From the IMG/VR virus record IMGVR_UViG_3300027798_000087, positions 1 through 41,547 of that record: a DNA stretch of 41,547 bases. One strand, given 5' to 3'. Positions 27,605 to 37,718 of the stretch are shown here, piece after piece. A program made the position numbers and the translations under genes. How positions within the stretch are numbered: the first letter of the stretch is position 1; every line of letters begins with the position of its first letter. The stretch comes from a virus (lineage: Duplodnaviria; Caudoviricetes). Under the pieces are notes generated by a model. It searched no databases and was not told the DNA's origin. It worked only from the letters and a program-made list of their open reading frames with translations.

Positions 27605-28612
27605 ATGAAAGTTGTTCAAGTGGCTACAGGGTTAATAACTATTCCCCCAAATGGTTGGGGTGCTGTAGAACGTATCATATGGGAATATAAACAAGAACTA
27701 GAAGCTCTAGGGGATGTGGTTGAGATTAAATACATGAATGATCTGATTAAAGAACCAGACACTATTACACATGCTCACTTAGCTAACCAGGCATTACATT
27801 GTAAGAACCTTGGTATACCATACATCTATTCATTACACGATCACCATGTTGAATGGTATGGTAAAGATAGTTGGGTGTATAAGCAAAACTTAGAAGCTAT
27901 CAAGGGAAGTGTTATATCTATCACTCATACAGAACACTACTTAGATTACTTTGATGAGACAGATAAGTTATTCTATTTAAGACATGGTGCTAATACAGAA
28001 TTCTTTACACCAGATTATGCTCCTAAGAATCATAGTTTATTAATGATAGCTAACAATGGATTAGCAGGTGATTCAGGATTTGATAGAAAAGGATTTAGAT
28101 TTGGTATAGAAGCAGCTGAAAGAATGGGTTTACCTATTACTATAGCAGGACATACAGATAATCTAAACTTCTTTAATATACATTCAGAGCTAACCACTTA
28201 TGAAAAGTTAACTTTAAAGTTAACAAACCCTACAGATGAAGAGATGAGAGACTTATATCGATCACATACTATATTCTTACATCCATCTATGCTAGAGGGA
28301 GGACATCCTAATCTAACATTATGTGAGGCTATAGCTAGTGGAGTTCCCATTGTGGGAACTTATAAAGGATCTAGCCCTGTTCCAGGAATGCATGTAATAG
28401 ATAATATTACAACAGAGGCTGTAACAGATGGTATAGTGAATGTAATGTGGAGTTATGATGAGCGTAGAGAACAAATCTTTAAGAGTAGAGAGCTCTATAG
28501 CTGGAAACATGTAGCTAATACATTACATAAATACTATGAGAATGTACTAAAGGTGAATGATAAATACGATTCAAACAGAACAAAACAATTATACATACAG
28601 ACTTATGCTTAG
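27605..28612 (+). CDS. Glycosyltransferase family 4
   Basis: IPPNGWGAVE, RKG and HPSMLEGGHPNLTLCEAIASGVP. Confidence 0.88.
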   Translation: MKVVQVATGLITIPPNGWGAVERIIWEYKQELEALGDVVEIKYMNDLIKEPDTITHAHLANQALHCKNLGIPYIYSLHDHHVEWYGKDSWVYKQNLEAIKGSVISITHTEHYLDYFDETDKLFYLRHGANTEFFTPDYAPKNHSLLMIANNGLAGDSGFDRKGFRFGIEAAERMGLPITIAGHTDNLNFFNIHSELTTYEKLTLKLTNPTDEEMRDLYRSHTIFLHPSMLEGGHPNLTLCEAIASGVPIVGTYKGSSPVPGMHVIDNITTEAVTDGIVNVMWSYDERREQIFKSRELYSWKHVANTLHKYYENVLKVNDKYDSNRTKQLYIQTYA

Positions 28613-29678
28613 ATATAACTTAAACCTAATCAATGGAATGTTCTTTGAGTTACTATCCACTTGGGAGAACAAAGAATACTTAGTAAAGTTCATGGAGAAG
28701 AAGGACAAAGAGTATACAGAAATGTACTCTGTAAGTCTTAAGAAAGGTATGTGGGCTAAATACCCTAGAACCTACTTAGGTAAATACTTTATTGAGATAT
28801 GGGATGGTGAAATTCTTAAAGAGAAGATTAGTGTATTAGATCATATCAAGGGTAAGCGTGTATTAATATCTTTTGAATCTCATTCATTAGGAGATAGCAT
28901 TGCTTGGATGCCATACTGTTTAGAGTTTAAAAACATCTATCAGTGTGAGGTTGTTGTGTCTACATTTAAGAACTTCTTATTTGAAGCAGCCTATCCAGAA
29001 CTTAAGTTTATAGAAAGAGGAGTGACAGTTGAGAATATTATAGGACAATTTGAATATGGTTGGTATTGGGATGCAAATAAAGAACCTGAACATCCAGCTG
29101 TTATACCTTTACAGAAAACAGCAAGTAATACATTGAATCTTCCATTCAAGGAGATTAAAACTAGAATAGCATTTACACCAAAAGAAAGACCTGTAGTGAA
29201 TGAATACATTTGTATATCTACACAATCAACGTCTCAATGTAAACATTGGTATTATTGGGAAGAGTTAGTGTCTTATTATAAAGACAAAGGTTATAGAGTG
29301 TTTGAGATGTCTAAAGATGCAGGTGATTATGGTGCAGAAAAGCTTGATGATACAAGCCTTGATAATGTAATGAACTATCTACATCATGCAGAATTATACA
29401 TAGGACTGTCTAGTGGTATCAGTTGGTTAAACTGGGCTATAGGCAAACACACTGTAATGATTTCTAACTTCACTAATGAAGATCATGAATTCACTTCTAA
29501 CTGTACACGCATAGTTAATAAAGAAGTGTGCAACGGATGTTGGAACAATCCAATGTTTAAATTCGATAAGGGTAATTGGATGTGGTGTCCTGTAAATGAA
29601 GATAGCCCTAAACATTTTGAATGTCATAAGGCTATCACTTCTAAATACGTTATTGAAAAAATTATAAACTTACTATAA
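28605..29678 (+). CDS. Aah/TibC-like (autotransporter O-heptosyltransferase family) protein glycosyltransferase
   Basis: RVLISFES.SLGDSIAW.PY and IGLSSGISWL.WA; iron-finger CNGCWN...FD...WCP...FEC..IT. Start moved to the ATG at 28605. Confidence 0.8.
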   Translation: MLRYNLNLINGMFFELLSTWENKEYLVKFMEKKDKEYTEMYSVSLKKGMWAKYPRTYLGKYFIEIWDGEILKEKISVLDHIKGKRVLISFESHSLGDSIAWMPYCLEFKNIYQCEVVVSTFKNFLFEAAYPELKFIERGVTVENIIGQFEYGWYWDANKEPEHPAVIPLQKTASNTLNLPFKEIKTRIAFTPKERPVVNEYICISTQSTSQCKHWYYWEELVSYYKDKGYRVFEMSKDAGDYGAEKLDDTSLDNVMNYLHHAELYIGLSSGISWLNWAIGKHTVMISNFTNEDHEFTSNCTRIVNKEVCNGCWNNPMFKFDKGNWMWCPVNEDSPKHFECHKAITSKYVIEKIINLL

Positions 29679-30561
29679 CTACAAATCCATCTCCACCATC
29701 TCCACCAGCTCCTCCACCTATAGCATCTGATCCAACTCCTCCACCACCTCCTCCTGAACCTGGACCTCCTTTTCCTCCTCTTCCTGCAAAACCAGCTGAA
29801 CTACTTCCGCCTCCACCACCACCACATGATGCAAATCTGTTAGGCATCCAAAATCCTGATCCACCATCATTTTGACCAGCTGTTGCACTTGCTACTGCTG
29901 CACCACCAGGAGTTAATATTCTTGATGAAGGTTGTTGTCCATATTGAGTTGTTATACTGCCTCCTACAAAATTACCAGTTATTGATCCAGCTCCACTTGC
30001 TCCACCTGATAAATAATAAGATAAAGAATTAGAGTTTCCTGCAGCATTAGAATTTCCTCCAACAACTCCTCCAACACCGCTAAATGCTTTAAAAGTTCCT
30101 AATGTACATAATGGATTATTAGGAACTGTTCCTATAGTAGCAACACCTGCAGCACCAGTACTAAAACTTGCACCAACTCCTCCATTTCCTCCAGCTGGAA
30201 CACTCATTAAATACTCTGAAGTTATTGCTCTATATGCTGAAATTATTGTTGATGTTCCAGATGTAGCAGACGGTCCACCTCTTCCCCCTATTCCTACTCT
30301 TATGTATAATGTATCAGGTACTAATAATGCAGATGCATATAGTATAGATAAAGCTCCAGAAGCTCCACCACCACTTCCATATGCTTGATTTGTTGAAAAG
30401 TGAAGAAATCCATTACCACCAGCTCCACCTCCACCAACAGCAATTATATAAACAAAATTACAACCATAAGGTTTTGTCCAAGTATGCATGTCTGTTCCTG
30501 CATTTGGTTGCATGAACCAATCTACTTGTGCGTTATTTATTAAATTATTTAATGGTAACAT
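29662..30561 (-). CDS. Glycine-rich domain tail-fibre/adhesin protein (paralog 3)
   Basis: WTKP...II.VGGGG.GG...GG.GGDGFVVI signature. Confidence 0.75.
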   Translation of the reverse strand: MLPLNNLINNAQVDWFMQPNAGTDMHTWTKPYGCNFVYIIAVGGGGAGGNGFLHFSTNQAYGSGGGASGALSILYASALLVPDTLYIRVGIGGRGGPSATSGTSTIISAYRAITSEYLMSVPAGGNGGVGASFSTGAAGVATIGTVPNNPLCTLGTFKAFSGVGGVVGGNSNAAGNSNSLSYYLSGGASGAGSITGNFVGGSITTQYGQQPSSRILTPGGAAVASATAGQNDGGSGFWMPNRFASCGGGGGGSSSAGFAGRGGKGGPGSGGGGGGVGSDAIGGGAGGDGGDGFVVIVSL

Positions 30562-30568
30562 ATATATA

Positions 30569-31963
30569 TTAATAGCTTATAATCATTACTAATCCATCTC
30601 CACCATTTCCACCTGCTCCTCCTGTAAGTCCAGCAGCACCTCCTCCACCTCCTGAACCAATAATACCATTACCACCATTGCCACCTGTGCCTGATGGATT
30701 ACCTCCTCCTCCAGAACCACCTACAGAAAAAAATGGTTTTAAATATGAATATCCATTATTTCCATTACCCCCCCCTGCACTACCACCACTGACAGGTTTT
30801 ATAAATGACGTTAATAAATCTGAAGAAGTAATATTTCCACCAGCATTACTTGTATTAGTTGCAGGAACTCCACCTCCACTTGCTCCTCCTGATGTTATTG
30901 AGTTTGATAAAGCTGCTATATCAATACCAGTAGTACTACCAAATGTAGCACCCGCTTGACCTCCATAAGATGCCCAACTACATAAACTTAAATATCTAGG
31001 ACTGGTATCAGAAGCTACTAATGCTGCACCACCAGATCCTCCAACTGCTGTAGGTCCTCCTCCATTAGCAGGCCCTCCACTTGTAATTATACAATTATTT
31101 AGATTTGTTGTTGGATAACAACTTATATAACTAATGTTTCCACTTCCACCATTAGTATTAACTAATCCACCAACTCCACCTTTACCCACACTTATATAAA
31201 GTGTATCTAAAATTAAATAAAATGGTATCTGTGCAATTGTAACAGCAGAAGAGCCTCCTCCTGAACCACTTAATCTGGCAGTTCCAGCAATTCCACTTTG
31301 CCCACCACCACCCCCACCACCCCCACCAATACATATTATATAAGCTTGTGAGGCTTTACTTGGTTTTGTCCAAGTTTGCCAATTTTCCCAAGGTTTATCA
31401 GGTATGGGTTCACTAAAACTTCTTATAGCACGAACATAACATGCGTTGGTTTTACTAAAATACGATCGATAGTCACTTCCAAATTGATAAAACCATGCAG
31501 AGTATAAATCTTGTTGTGTAGAACTCCAATAGTAGTTAGTTGTAAAACCACCAATAGCAACTCTGTTTAAATACAATTTATTCAATTCATCAATACTTGG
31601 TAAATACCAATCAGAATATCCTCCCTCAACTAAATCTCCACATAACCTAGCAGCAATACCAGCTTCAGCACAACCAGCCATAATATCAATGGTATTCTGG
31701 TTTCCTGTTCCAATAGCTGTTCCACTAGCTCCTGTAAGCAAGGTCCCATTACATCCCCATACAGCTCCAGCACTTTGATCTGCTTTTGTAGCAACAAATC
31801 CCTTCTGTAAATTTGCATCATATCCTGGGTCACCTGGCTGTAAAACATATGCTATTACACCACCAAGTGCAAGTTGACCAACTTTATATGGACCACCGTC
31901 AGCAATAGTTGCATTAAATACTTGCTTGTCTATGTTTGTTGGTAAGTTGTTTAAGTCTATCAT
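30569..31963 (-). CDS. Glycine-rich adhesin (paralog 2) with inserted DUF1566/Lcl C-type-lectin-fold domain
   Basis: Gly-rich signature plus GY.DWYLPS.DEL...YWSS...VRAIR. Confidence 0.78.
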   Translation of the reverse strand: MIDLNNLPTNIDKQVFNATIADGGPYKVGQLALGGVIAYVLQPGDPGYDANLQKGFVATKADQSAGAVWGCNGTLLTGASGTAIGTGNQNTIDIMAGCAEAGIAARLCGDLVEGGYSDWYLPSIDELNKLYLNRVAIGGFTTNYYWSSTQQDLYSAWFYQFGSDYRSYFSKTNACYVRAIRSFSEPIPDKPWENWQTWTKPSKASQAYIICIGGGGGGGGGQSGIAGTARLSGSGGGSSAVTIAQIPFYLILDTLYISVGKGGVGGLVNTNGGSGNISYISCYPTTNLNNCIITSGGPANGGGPTAVGGSGGAALVASDTSPRYLSLCSWASYGGQAGATFGSTTGIDIAALSNSITSGGASGGGVPATNTSNAGGNITSSDLLTSFIKPVSGGSAGGGNGNNGYSYLKPFFSVGGSGGGGNPSGTGGNGGNGIIGSGGGGGAAGLTGGAGGNGGDGLVMIISY

Positions 31964-32871
31964 TAATATCCTATTATTATTACGAATCCATCACCACCAC
32001 GACCACCATTACCACCTCTAGCAAATGAGTATGAATCATTGACACCACCACCAGCTCCTCCACCAGATCCCCATATACCAGATCCTCCAATAGGACCTAC
32101 AACTGCAGCAAGTGCAGGATTTCCAGCACCTCCTGTTCCACCAAAAACTGTAAATGGTTTTCTAAGAATAAACCCATCATTTCCTTTACCACTATTCACT
32201 CCCCAAACTCCACCAGATAATTTCCCATTAACAAATGTTGCAGGATATGATGATCCAGAATAACTAATTGCATTAGTTCTTCCTCCACCAGCAGCTCCTC
32301 CTAATATTGGACAATTTGTATTTGAATAATCAACACCATCTCCTGGAACAGTTAATCCATTTTGTCCATTGCAACTTGATGATGTATATTGAAAAATACT
32401 TTGAGTAACAGCTGCAAGTTGTCCACCTACTCCACCAAAAGTTGTACAATATCCAGTACCACCTCCTCCTGTACCTCCTCCTAAATTAAATATTAAATTT
32501 CCTGCATTTGTGTTAGGATAATATGATATATAAGTTGATCCACCAGTACCACCAGCCACATTACTACCACAAGTATTACCACTAGCACCACCTATTCCTC
32601 CTGCTCCTCCTAATCCTATTTGTAGAAATAATTTATCTGGAAATAAATATGCTGGAGCAGATGCTTGTAAAAATGTACCACCTCCACCTCCTCCACCACC
32701 TGTAGACCCACCATTAGTACCGCTATAAGAACCTGCACCTCCTCCACCACCACCAGCAGCTGCTAATATCATAAAATTAGAAAATTCACTTGGCTTATTC
32801 CAAGTTTGCCAAGTTGTTCCACTTTTATTAAATGTCCAAATACTACTATCGGTTGGTAAATTATATAACAT
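31963..32871 (-). CDS. Glycine-rich domain tail-fibre/adhesin protein (paralog 1)
   Basis: WQTWNKP...AAGGGGGG...GGRGGDGFVIIIGY. Confidence 0.75.
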   Translation of the reverse strand: MLYNLPTDSSIWTFNKSGTTWQTWNKPSEFSNFMILAAAGGGGGGAGSYSGTNGGSTGGGGGGGGTFLQASAPAYLFPDKLFLQIGLGGAGGIGGASGNTCGSNVAGGTGGSTYISYYPNTNAGNLIFNLGGGTGGGGTGYCTTFGGVGGQLAAVTQSIFQYTSSSCNGQNGLTVPGDGVDYSNTNCPILGGAAGGGRTNAISYSGSSYPATFVNGKLSGGVWGVNSGKGNDGFILRKPFTVFGGTGGAGNPALAAVVGPIGGSGIWGSGGGAGGGVNDSYSFARGGNGGRGGDGFVIIIGY

Positions 32872-32874
32872 AAC

Positions 32875-33045
32875 TTATATACTATCTAATACTTCTCCTA
32901 TTAACACTTTAGATTCCGTTACTTCTGGTAATATTAATTCACTACCATCCAAGTTGATAAATCCAACTACACACATATTTTCGTCTAAGACTTGATATGC
33001 GTCACACTCTAATCCTAGAGTGAATTGTATTTTAATATACTTCAT
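32875..33045 (-). CDS. Small acidic protein, 56 aa, possible fibre chaperone (not in the ORF track)
   Basis: MKYIKIQFTLGLECDAYQVLDENMCVVGFINLDGSELILPEVTESKVLIGEVLDSI; TAATG coupling, fills the gap exactly. Confidence 0.6.
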   Translation of the reverse strand: MKYIKIQFTLGLECDAYQVLDENMCVVGFINLDGSELILPEVTESKVLIGEVLDSI

Positions 33046-33458
33046 TAGTAATCTCCTCCTATAACTGATACATAGTAACCTGCTGCTACTGTTGTACCAA
33101 TGGTTATGTTTAATTTATATCCAGCTTGTAAACCAAAGTTTAATGGAATTTCATAAGTTGATTGAGCTGTAGTTTCTGAAATCGTAGTAGCTGCTAAAGT
33201 AAGCTCATCATATAAAATATTGTTTGCAGGAGTTGAGTTTGCAGAACCATTGTTAATAAATACACGAGCTACAGTTTGTACGTTTGTACCTGCTGTTCTA
33301 AATCTTATTCTCTGTACATAAGAACCATTAATACCTGCTGTAAATGCAAGCAACACTGTACCTGTGCCATCTTTAGCTGTATTAGCTGTTGTTATTGTTG
33401 TTGGTCCCCATTGTACATCAGGATTAGCTGAGAAAATAGGTGCTGTATTTGCTGCCAT
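33045..33458 (-). CDS. Putative virion/tail-tip beta-sandwich protein
   Basis: 137 aa, Thr/Ala/Gly-rich, within the tail module. Confidence 0.6.
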   Translation of the reverse strand: MAANTAPIFSANPDVQWGPTTITTANTAKDGTGTVLLAFTAGINGSYVQRIRFRTAGTNVQTVARVFINNGSANSTPANNILYDELTLAATTISETTAQSTYEIPLNFGLQAGYKLNITIGTTVAAGYYVSVIGGDY

Positions 33459-33468
33459 AATTTATATT

Positions 33469-34434
33469 TTAATATATTGTTAAAAAGTTAAATCCTCTAA
33501 TAGATCCTACATAAGTTAATCCTACAGTAATGCTTTCTCCAGCAGCTCCAGAAGTTCCAGTTGTACCAGAAGAACCATATGTTGCTCCTGAAGATCCTGA
33601 AGATCCTGAAGACCCAGAAGATCCACTAGTTCCACTAGAACCATTTGCACCAGCTGTTCCACTAGTACCAAAAGTTGCACCTGAAGTACCATTACTTCCA
33701 TCAGCTCCTGAAGTACCAGCAGTTCCAAATGTAGCACCACTTGTACCAGATGTACCAGCGGTTCCACTAGAACCATCCGTTCCACTAGTACCAGATGTAC
33801 CAAAAGTTTCACCACTAGATCCTGAGGTTCCTGTAGTACCACTAGAACCAGATGTACCAAATGTAGCACCAGAAGTTCCAGATGTACCAAAAGTTTCACC
33901 AGAAGTACCAGTGGTACCACTAGAACCATCTGTACCACTCATTCCTGAAGAACCGTCTGTTCCAGAACTTCCATCTGTTCCAGTGATGCCACTTGTTCCT
34001 GTAAATCCACTAGTTCCTGAAGTACCATAAGTTTCACCAGAGGTTCCTGAGGTTCCTGAGGTACCATAAGTTGCTGTTAAAGAAAATGTTAAAGCTGTTG
34101 TGTTAAGTGTGATTGGATTAGCTGTACTTAATACAAATACATCTCCTGCATTAACTGTACCAGAAATGATATAAACTTGTAGTCCTTGGAATACATCATC
34201 ATCTAATGACATATCTACAGACCTAGTCCATGTTCCAGAACCTACAATATATATACCATTAGTTGATGCTGTTCCTTGATTTTTTACCAATACTCTTTCA
34301 CCTACAACTAATACAACACTATCAATAGTTTGTGTACCACTTAATGTAATAGCTCCTGTTGTAGCAGCACGACAAGGGAGGCTATAACTAACCCCCTTGA
34401 CCTGTGCATATGTTCCTATCCTTGTTATGGCCAT
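33469..34434 (-). CDS. Tail-fibre-like protein with (G-T/S-S)n repeats
   Basis: N-domain AATT..ITLSG.QTID...G.RVLVKNQ...NGIY...W.R..D, common in phage fibres, followed by Gly-X-Y repeats. Confidence 0.75.
   Translation of the reverse strand: MAITRIGTYAQVKGVSYSLPCRAATTGAITLSGTQTIDSVVLVVGERVLVKNQGTASTNGIYIVGSGTWTRSVDMSLDDDVFQGLQVYIISGTVNAGDVFVLSTANPITLNTTALTFSLTATYGTSGTSGTSGETYGTSGTSGFTGTSGITGTDGSSGTDGSSGMSGTDGSSGTTGTSGETFGTSGTSGATFGTSGSSGTTGTSGSSGETFGTSGTSGTDGSSGTAGTSGTSGATFGTAGTSGADGSNGTSGATFGTSGTAGANGSSGTSGSSGSSGSSGSSGATYGSSGTTGTSGAAGESITVGLTYVGSIRGFNFLTIY
33538..34065 (-). repeat. Gly-X-Y (GTS/GSS/GTD) coding repeat punctuated by G(A/E)T(F/Y)G
   Basis: 9-bp degenerate periodicity visible in the DNA and the translation. 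Confidence 0.9.
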
Positions 34435-34449
34435 AATTAGTTATTTATA

Positions 34450-37290
34450 TTAATAGAACAATAATTCTCTGTAACACTCAGTATTAGAGTGTCTGTTTAA
34501 CCATAAGTATTTCAATCCATCAACAGTTGTAAACACTTCCATTCTATTACCTATAATAGCACCACCTGCTAAATATGGATATTGTCCTGCACCAAATGCT
34601 GTATTTACAGTTACATCTAAATAGTATAATCTTTGTGTAACATCTTTTGTAAAATATATTCTGTTTCCACCATCGTATGTATACATACTACCTGTACTTA
34701 ATGTTTCCACTTGAGGAGTGATAGCCATTTGATCAAATGTATCATCTGTAATATCAATTACATCCCAGTTAACTGTAGCACCACCACGAGGACTATATAA
34801 ATATTTACCACGTGTATTTATCATAGTTGTACAAGGAGTCCAGCTAAGTTCAATTCCTGTGCCTCTAATAGGTTGTTGTAATATAGAATAAACTGTACTA
34901 GCAGCAACAGGTGCTGTACCAGCTCCAAATGTTAAAACGTTTGCTGTATTTGATGCAATTAAAAGTTCTTGTTGTTGACCAGCACCACCTAAGAATTTCA
35001 ATCTCCTACCAGCAAATATATTCACAGCCCATCCTGTAGAGGTTAATGTACCAGATCCTACAGATTGAGACCTTGATACAGAATATGTACCAGTGTTACC
35101 AAATGTATTAGGACCAAATGCAGTGATGGTTGTACCTGCTAATGTACCACCTCCTGTGATTACAGAACCAATACCTAAATATCCAGTGGACATACTAGTA
35201 ACAGTAAGTGTTGAATTTGATATAGATGCTGTAAAACTAGCTGTAGAAACGTTTGTATCTTGTAATGTTGTTGTAGCTTGTGTACCTGTAGCAATTCCAG
35301 AAAACATATTACCAATAACAGCTTCTCTTCTTCCTATAACATATCTTGTAACACCATTTGTTGTTATAGTTGCAGCAGTAGTTAATGTTAAAGTTGTAGC
35401 AGTGTTAGATAAAATTTGAAAAGTTTGTGCTGTAGCAATACCTGTAGCAGCAGTGACAGCAGTTGTATTAAATGTAACCATGTAACCAGTCCACTGATTC
35501 ACTGTCCATGCTTTTGTAGCATCAGCAATTACTGTAACTGATAATGCAGTTGTGAATGTTGTTGCTGCTGGTGTACCAGCCATTGTATATTGAAAAGTAT
35601 TTAAAGCAGGTGTAGCAGTGATTGTTTTTGTACCATTAAAGTTTGCATCAGTAGCTCCTTTCACTGTAACAGATTGCCCTATTTTATAGTTATGGTTAAT
35701 TGCTGTAGTGATAGTGGCAGTTGTTGTAACGTTTGCTAATGTTGTAATAGATATTGGTTTATTATTTGCGTATTGCACTGCACCAATTGCAGCTATACCA
35801 GAATCATAACGTCTACCATATGTACTTAAATCATCATTTAAATTTTGAATTAGTACACCAGCATTGTTACCCAATATAGCATAAAGTTTATCATTATCTC
35901 CTTGAATAGTGTAAACAGATGTAGAATCTGTTGCCACTGATATAGCTCTATAAAATGTAAGAGTAGTTGCTGTATTAGATAAAATTTGTACAGATTGACC
36001 TATACCTGTTCCAGCAGATATTTCAATAGCATAGTTTTTCCATCTATTAACTATCCAGTTTTTAGTTGAATCAACTAATGTAATTGTTGAACCAGCACCA
36101 GAAGCAGTTCCTGCATCAAATCCTTCAATAAAATATTGTGAATTACTTGTAGGAGCTACAGCCATAGAAGCAAATGTCAATGTTGTTGCTGTATTAGAAG
36201 CAATCAAAGATTGTTGCCCTTCTCCTGATCCACTAAATATTCTAACATAATATCCTGCCCATTGGTTAACTGTCCAAGCTTGTCCACTATCTGTTAATGT
36301 TGTATTAGTACCTGTAACAACTTGTGTCATAGATGTACCAACAACTGTAGAAGTAGTTCTTGCCCATATAGTAGCACCTTCTCCTGTTCTTTCAATTGAT
36401 GCATCCGTACCAACAGCAGCAATATTAGCTGAGTTAGCAGTTCTAATATACCACGTATCTGTTAATACATCATAGTGTTGTAACGAATAGAATGGTGTAG
36501 CAGCAGCTGAAGAAAATAAATATATAGTTCCTCCTTGCACTTTAAATCTTGATGTAGCATCTGGTGTTACTAACCAGTTTGTATCAATACTTATTGTAGA
36601 AGATTCGATTTGATAAATAGAACCAGCAGTAATTGCTGGAGAGAAAATCATTGGATTACACCAAATTTCTGAAGCAGATGTAACTGAATCACCTAAATAT
36701 AAAACTGTTGCACTATTATATAATATCTTTCTAACTTGACCTGTACCATTTCCTTGAACAATTCTCACTTGATATCCTGCCCACTGATTAAATGTCCAAG
36801 CTTTAAGACCATCTGTAATATTTATTGCACCTAATGTATTTGTTACAGCTGTAGCATTACCTTTATCATAAATCATAGGATCAGATACATTTGTAATAGT
36901 TCTTCTTTGACCAGCACCTGTACCAGCTGTGATTTTAATATCATATCCTTTATAAACTGTAGCATAATATGCTGGAATAACAGCAGAACTAGATGTAGCA
37001 GAAAGAATGTTACTTTCAATAGCATTTACATTTGAAAATCTCATTGTACTAAAAACACTAACTCCTATAGGAGGAGAAGATAACTGAGAATAAGAATCTG
37101 CATAGGTATCATATCTCCAAAAAGAACCAGCACCTATTAAATAATAGATGTATCTACCTTGAATCACTGAAAAAATAGCACCATCTGCAGCACAAGCTGA
37201 TGAAACAGCAGTGGAAACTGCTGGAGCAAACCTTGTCCATTCAAAAACTGGTAAATCTATCTGCTTCCTAAGCGTATTAACGATTGCCAT
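34450..37290 (-). CDS. Large virion protein: Kelch-like propeller blades with inserted repeated beta domains
   Basis: YIY...RYD...D.(Y/W) blades and about six D...W..N.W.G..V....G.G.GQ...I..N.A..L repeats. Confidence 0.65.
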   Translation of the reverse strand: MAIVNTLRKQIDLPVFEWTRFAPAVSTAVSSACAADGAIFSVIQGRYIYYLIGAGSFWRYDTYADSYSQLSSPPIGVSVFSTMRFSNVNAIESNILSATSSSAVIPAYYATVYKGYDIKITAGTGAGQRRTITNVSDPMIYDKGNATAVTNTLGAINITDGLKAWTFNQWAGYQVRIVQGNGTGQVRKILYNSATVLYLGDSVTSASEIWCNPMIFSPAITAGSIYQIESSTISIDTNWLVTPDATSRFKVQGGTIYLFSSAAATPFYSLQHYDVLTDTWYIRTANSANIAAVGTDASIERTGEGATIWARTTSTVVGTSMTQVVTGTNTTLTDSGQAWTVNQWAGYYVRIFSGSGEGQQSLIASNTATTLTFASMAVAPTSNSQYFIEGFDAGTASGAGSTITLVDSTKNWIVNRWKNYAIEISAGTGIGQSVQILSNTATTLTFYRAISVATDSTSVYTIQGDNDKLYAILGNNAGVLIQNLNDDLSTYGRRYDSGIAAIGAVQYANNKPISITTLANVTTTATITTAINHNYKIGQSVTVKGATDANFNGTKTITATPALNTFQYTMAGTPAATTFTTALSVTVIADATKAWTVNQWTGYMVTFNTTAVTAATGIATAQTFQILSNTATTLTLTTAATITTNGVTRYVIGRREAVIGNMFSGIATGTQATTTLQDTNVSTASFTASISNSTLTVTSMSTGYLGIGSVITGGGTLAGTTITAFGPNTFGNTGTYSVSRSQSVGSGTLTSTGWAVNIFAGRRLKFLGGAGQQQELLIASNTANVLTFGAGTAPVAASTVYSILQQPIRGTGIELSWTPCTTMINTRGKYLYSPRGGATVNWDVIDITDDTFDQMAITPQVETLSTGSMYTYDGGNRIYFTKDVTQRLYYLDVTVNTAFGAGQYPYLAGGAIIGNRMEVFTTVDGLKYLWLNRHSNTECYRELLFY

Positions 37291-37311
37291 AATATATTTA
37301 TTTTAATTTAA

Positions 37312-37716
37312 TTAGTTTATTTTAGCACTAATGCCAGTGTTATAAGCAGTTCTTGCTTGATTAATATACATCTCTCTATCCATACCAGCTATTGTAGCTA
37401 AGTTATTTATACTACCAATAAGGTTACCTCCAGCATTTAAGTTAGCATTTACAGTACCGCTACCTACTGTTATAGTTCCTGAAGATACAGTTACAGCTCC
37501 TAATGTAAGACCTCCTGTTACAGAGTCTAAAGTTATTCTTTGTCTTTGAGCAGAATCAACAATTGATAAAGATTCAAGTAATTTTAATATTCTAGCTAGT
37601 ATGACAATTGTATCATCTTGAGCTAATAAAGATGGTGATTGTGTTGATGATACTACAACTGGTGCACTATTTGCACTAGTTGCCTGACCATTGGGATTAT
37701 TTGGAGTGTATGCCAT
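37312..37716 (-). CDS. Putative tail/virion protein
   Basis: 134 aa; GQAT.ANS.PVV and V.SGT.TV short fibre-like repeats. Confidence 0.55.
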   Translation of the reverse strand: MAYTPNNPNGQATSANSAPVVVSSTQSPSLLAQDDTIVILARILKLLESLSIVDSAQRQRITLDSVTGGLTLGAVTVSSGTITVGSGTVNANLNAGGNLIGSINNLATIAGMDREMYINQARTAYNTGISAKIN

Positions 37717-37718
37717 TA

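Noticed and set aside
22331-29678. Host chromosomal LPS/capsule locus
   Set aside because: No flippase, polymerase, export or nucleotide-sugar genes are present, and the operon is embedded between phage tail and lysis genes with the same promoter style.
5261-32263. Short antisense or nested ORFs in the track (e.g. 5261..5578, 9584..9868, 11007..11279, 14800..15027, 17225..17440, 18888..19181, 21748..21960, 25289..25519, 30678..30959)
   Set aside because: They overlap better-supported genes or regulatory DNA and have no recognisable motifs.
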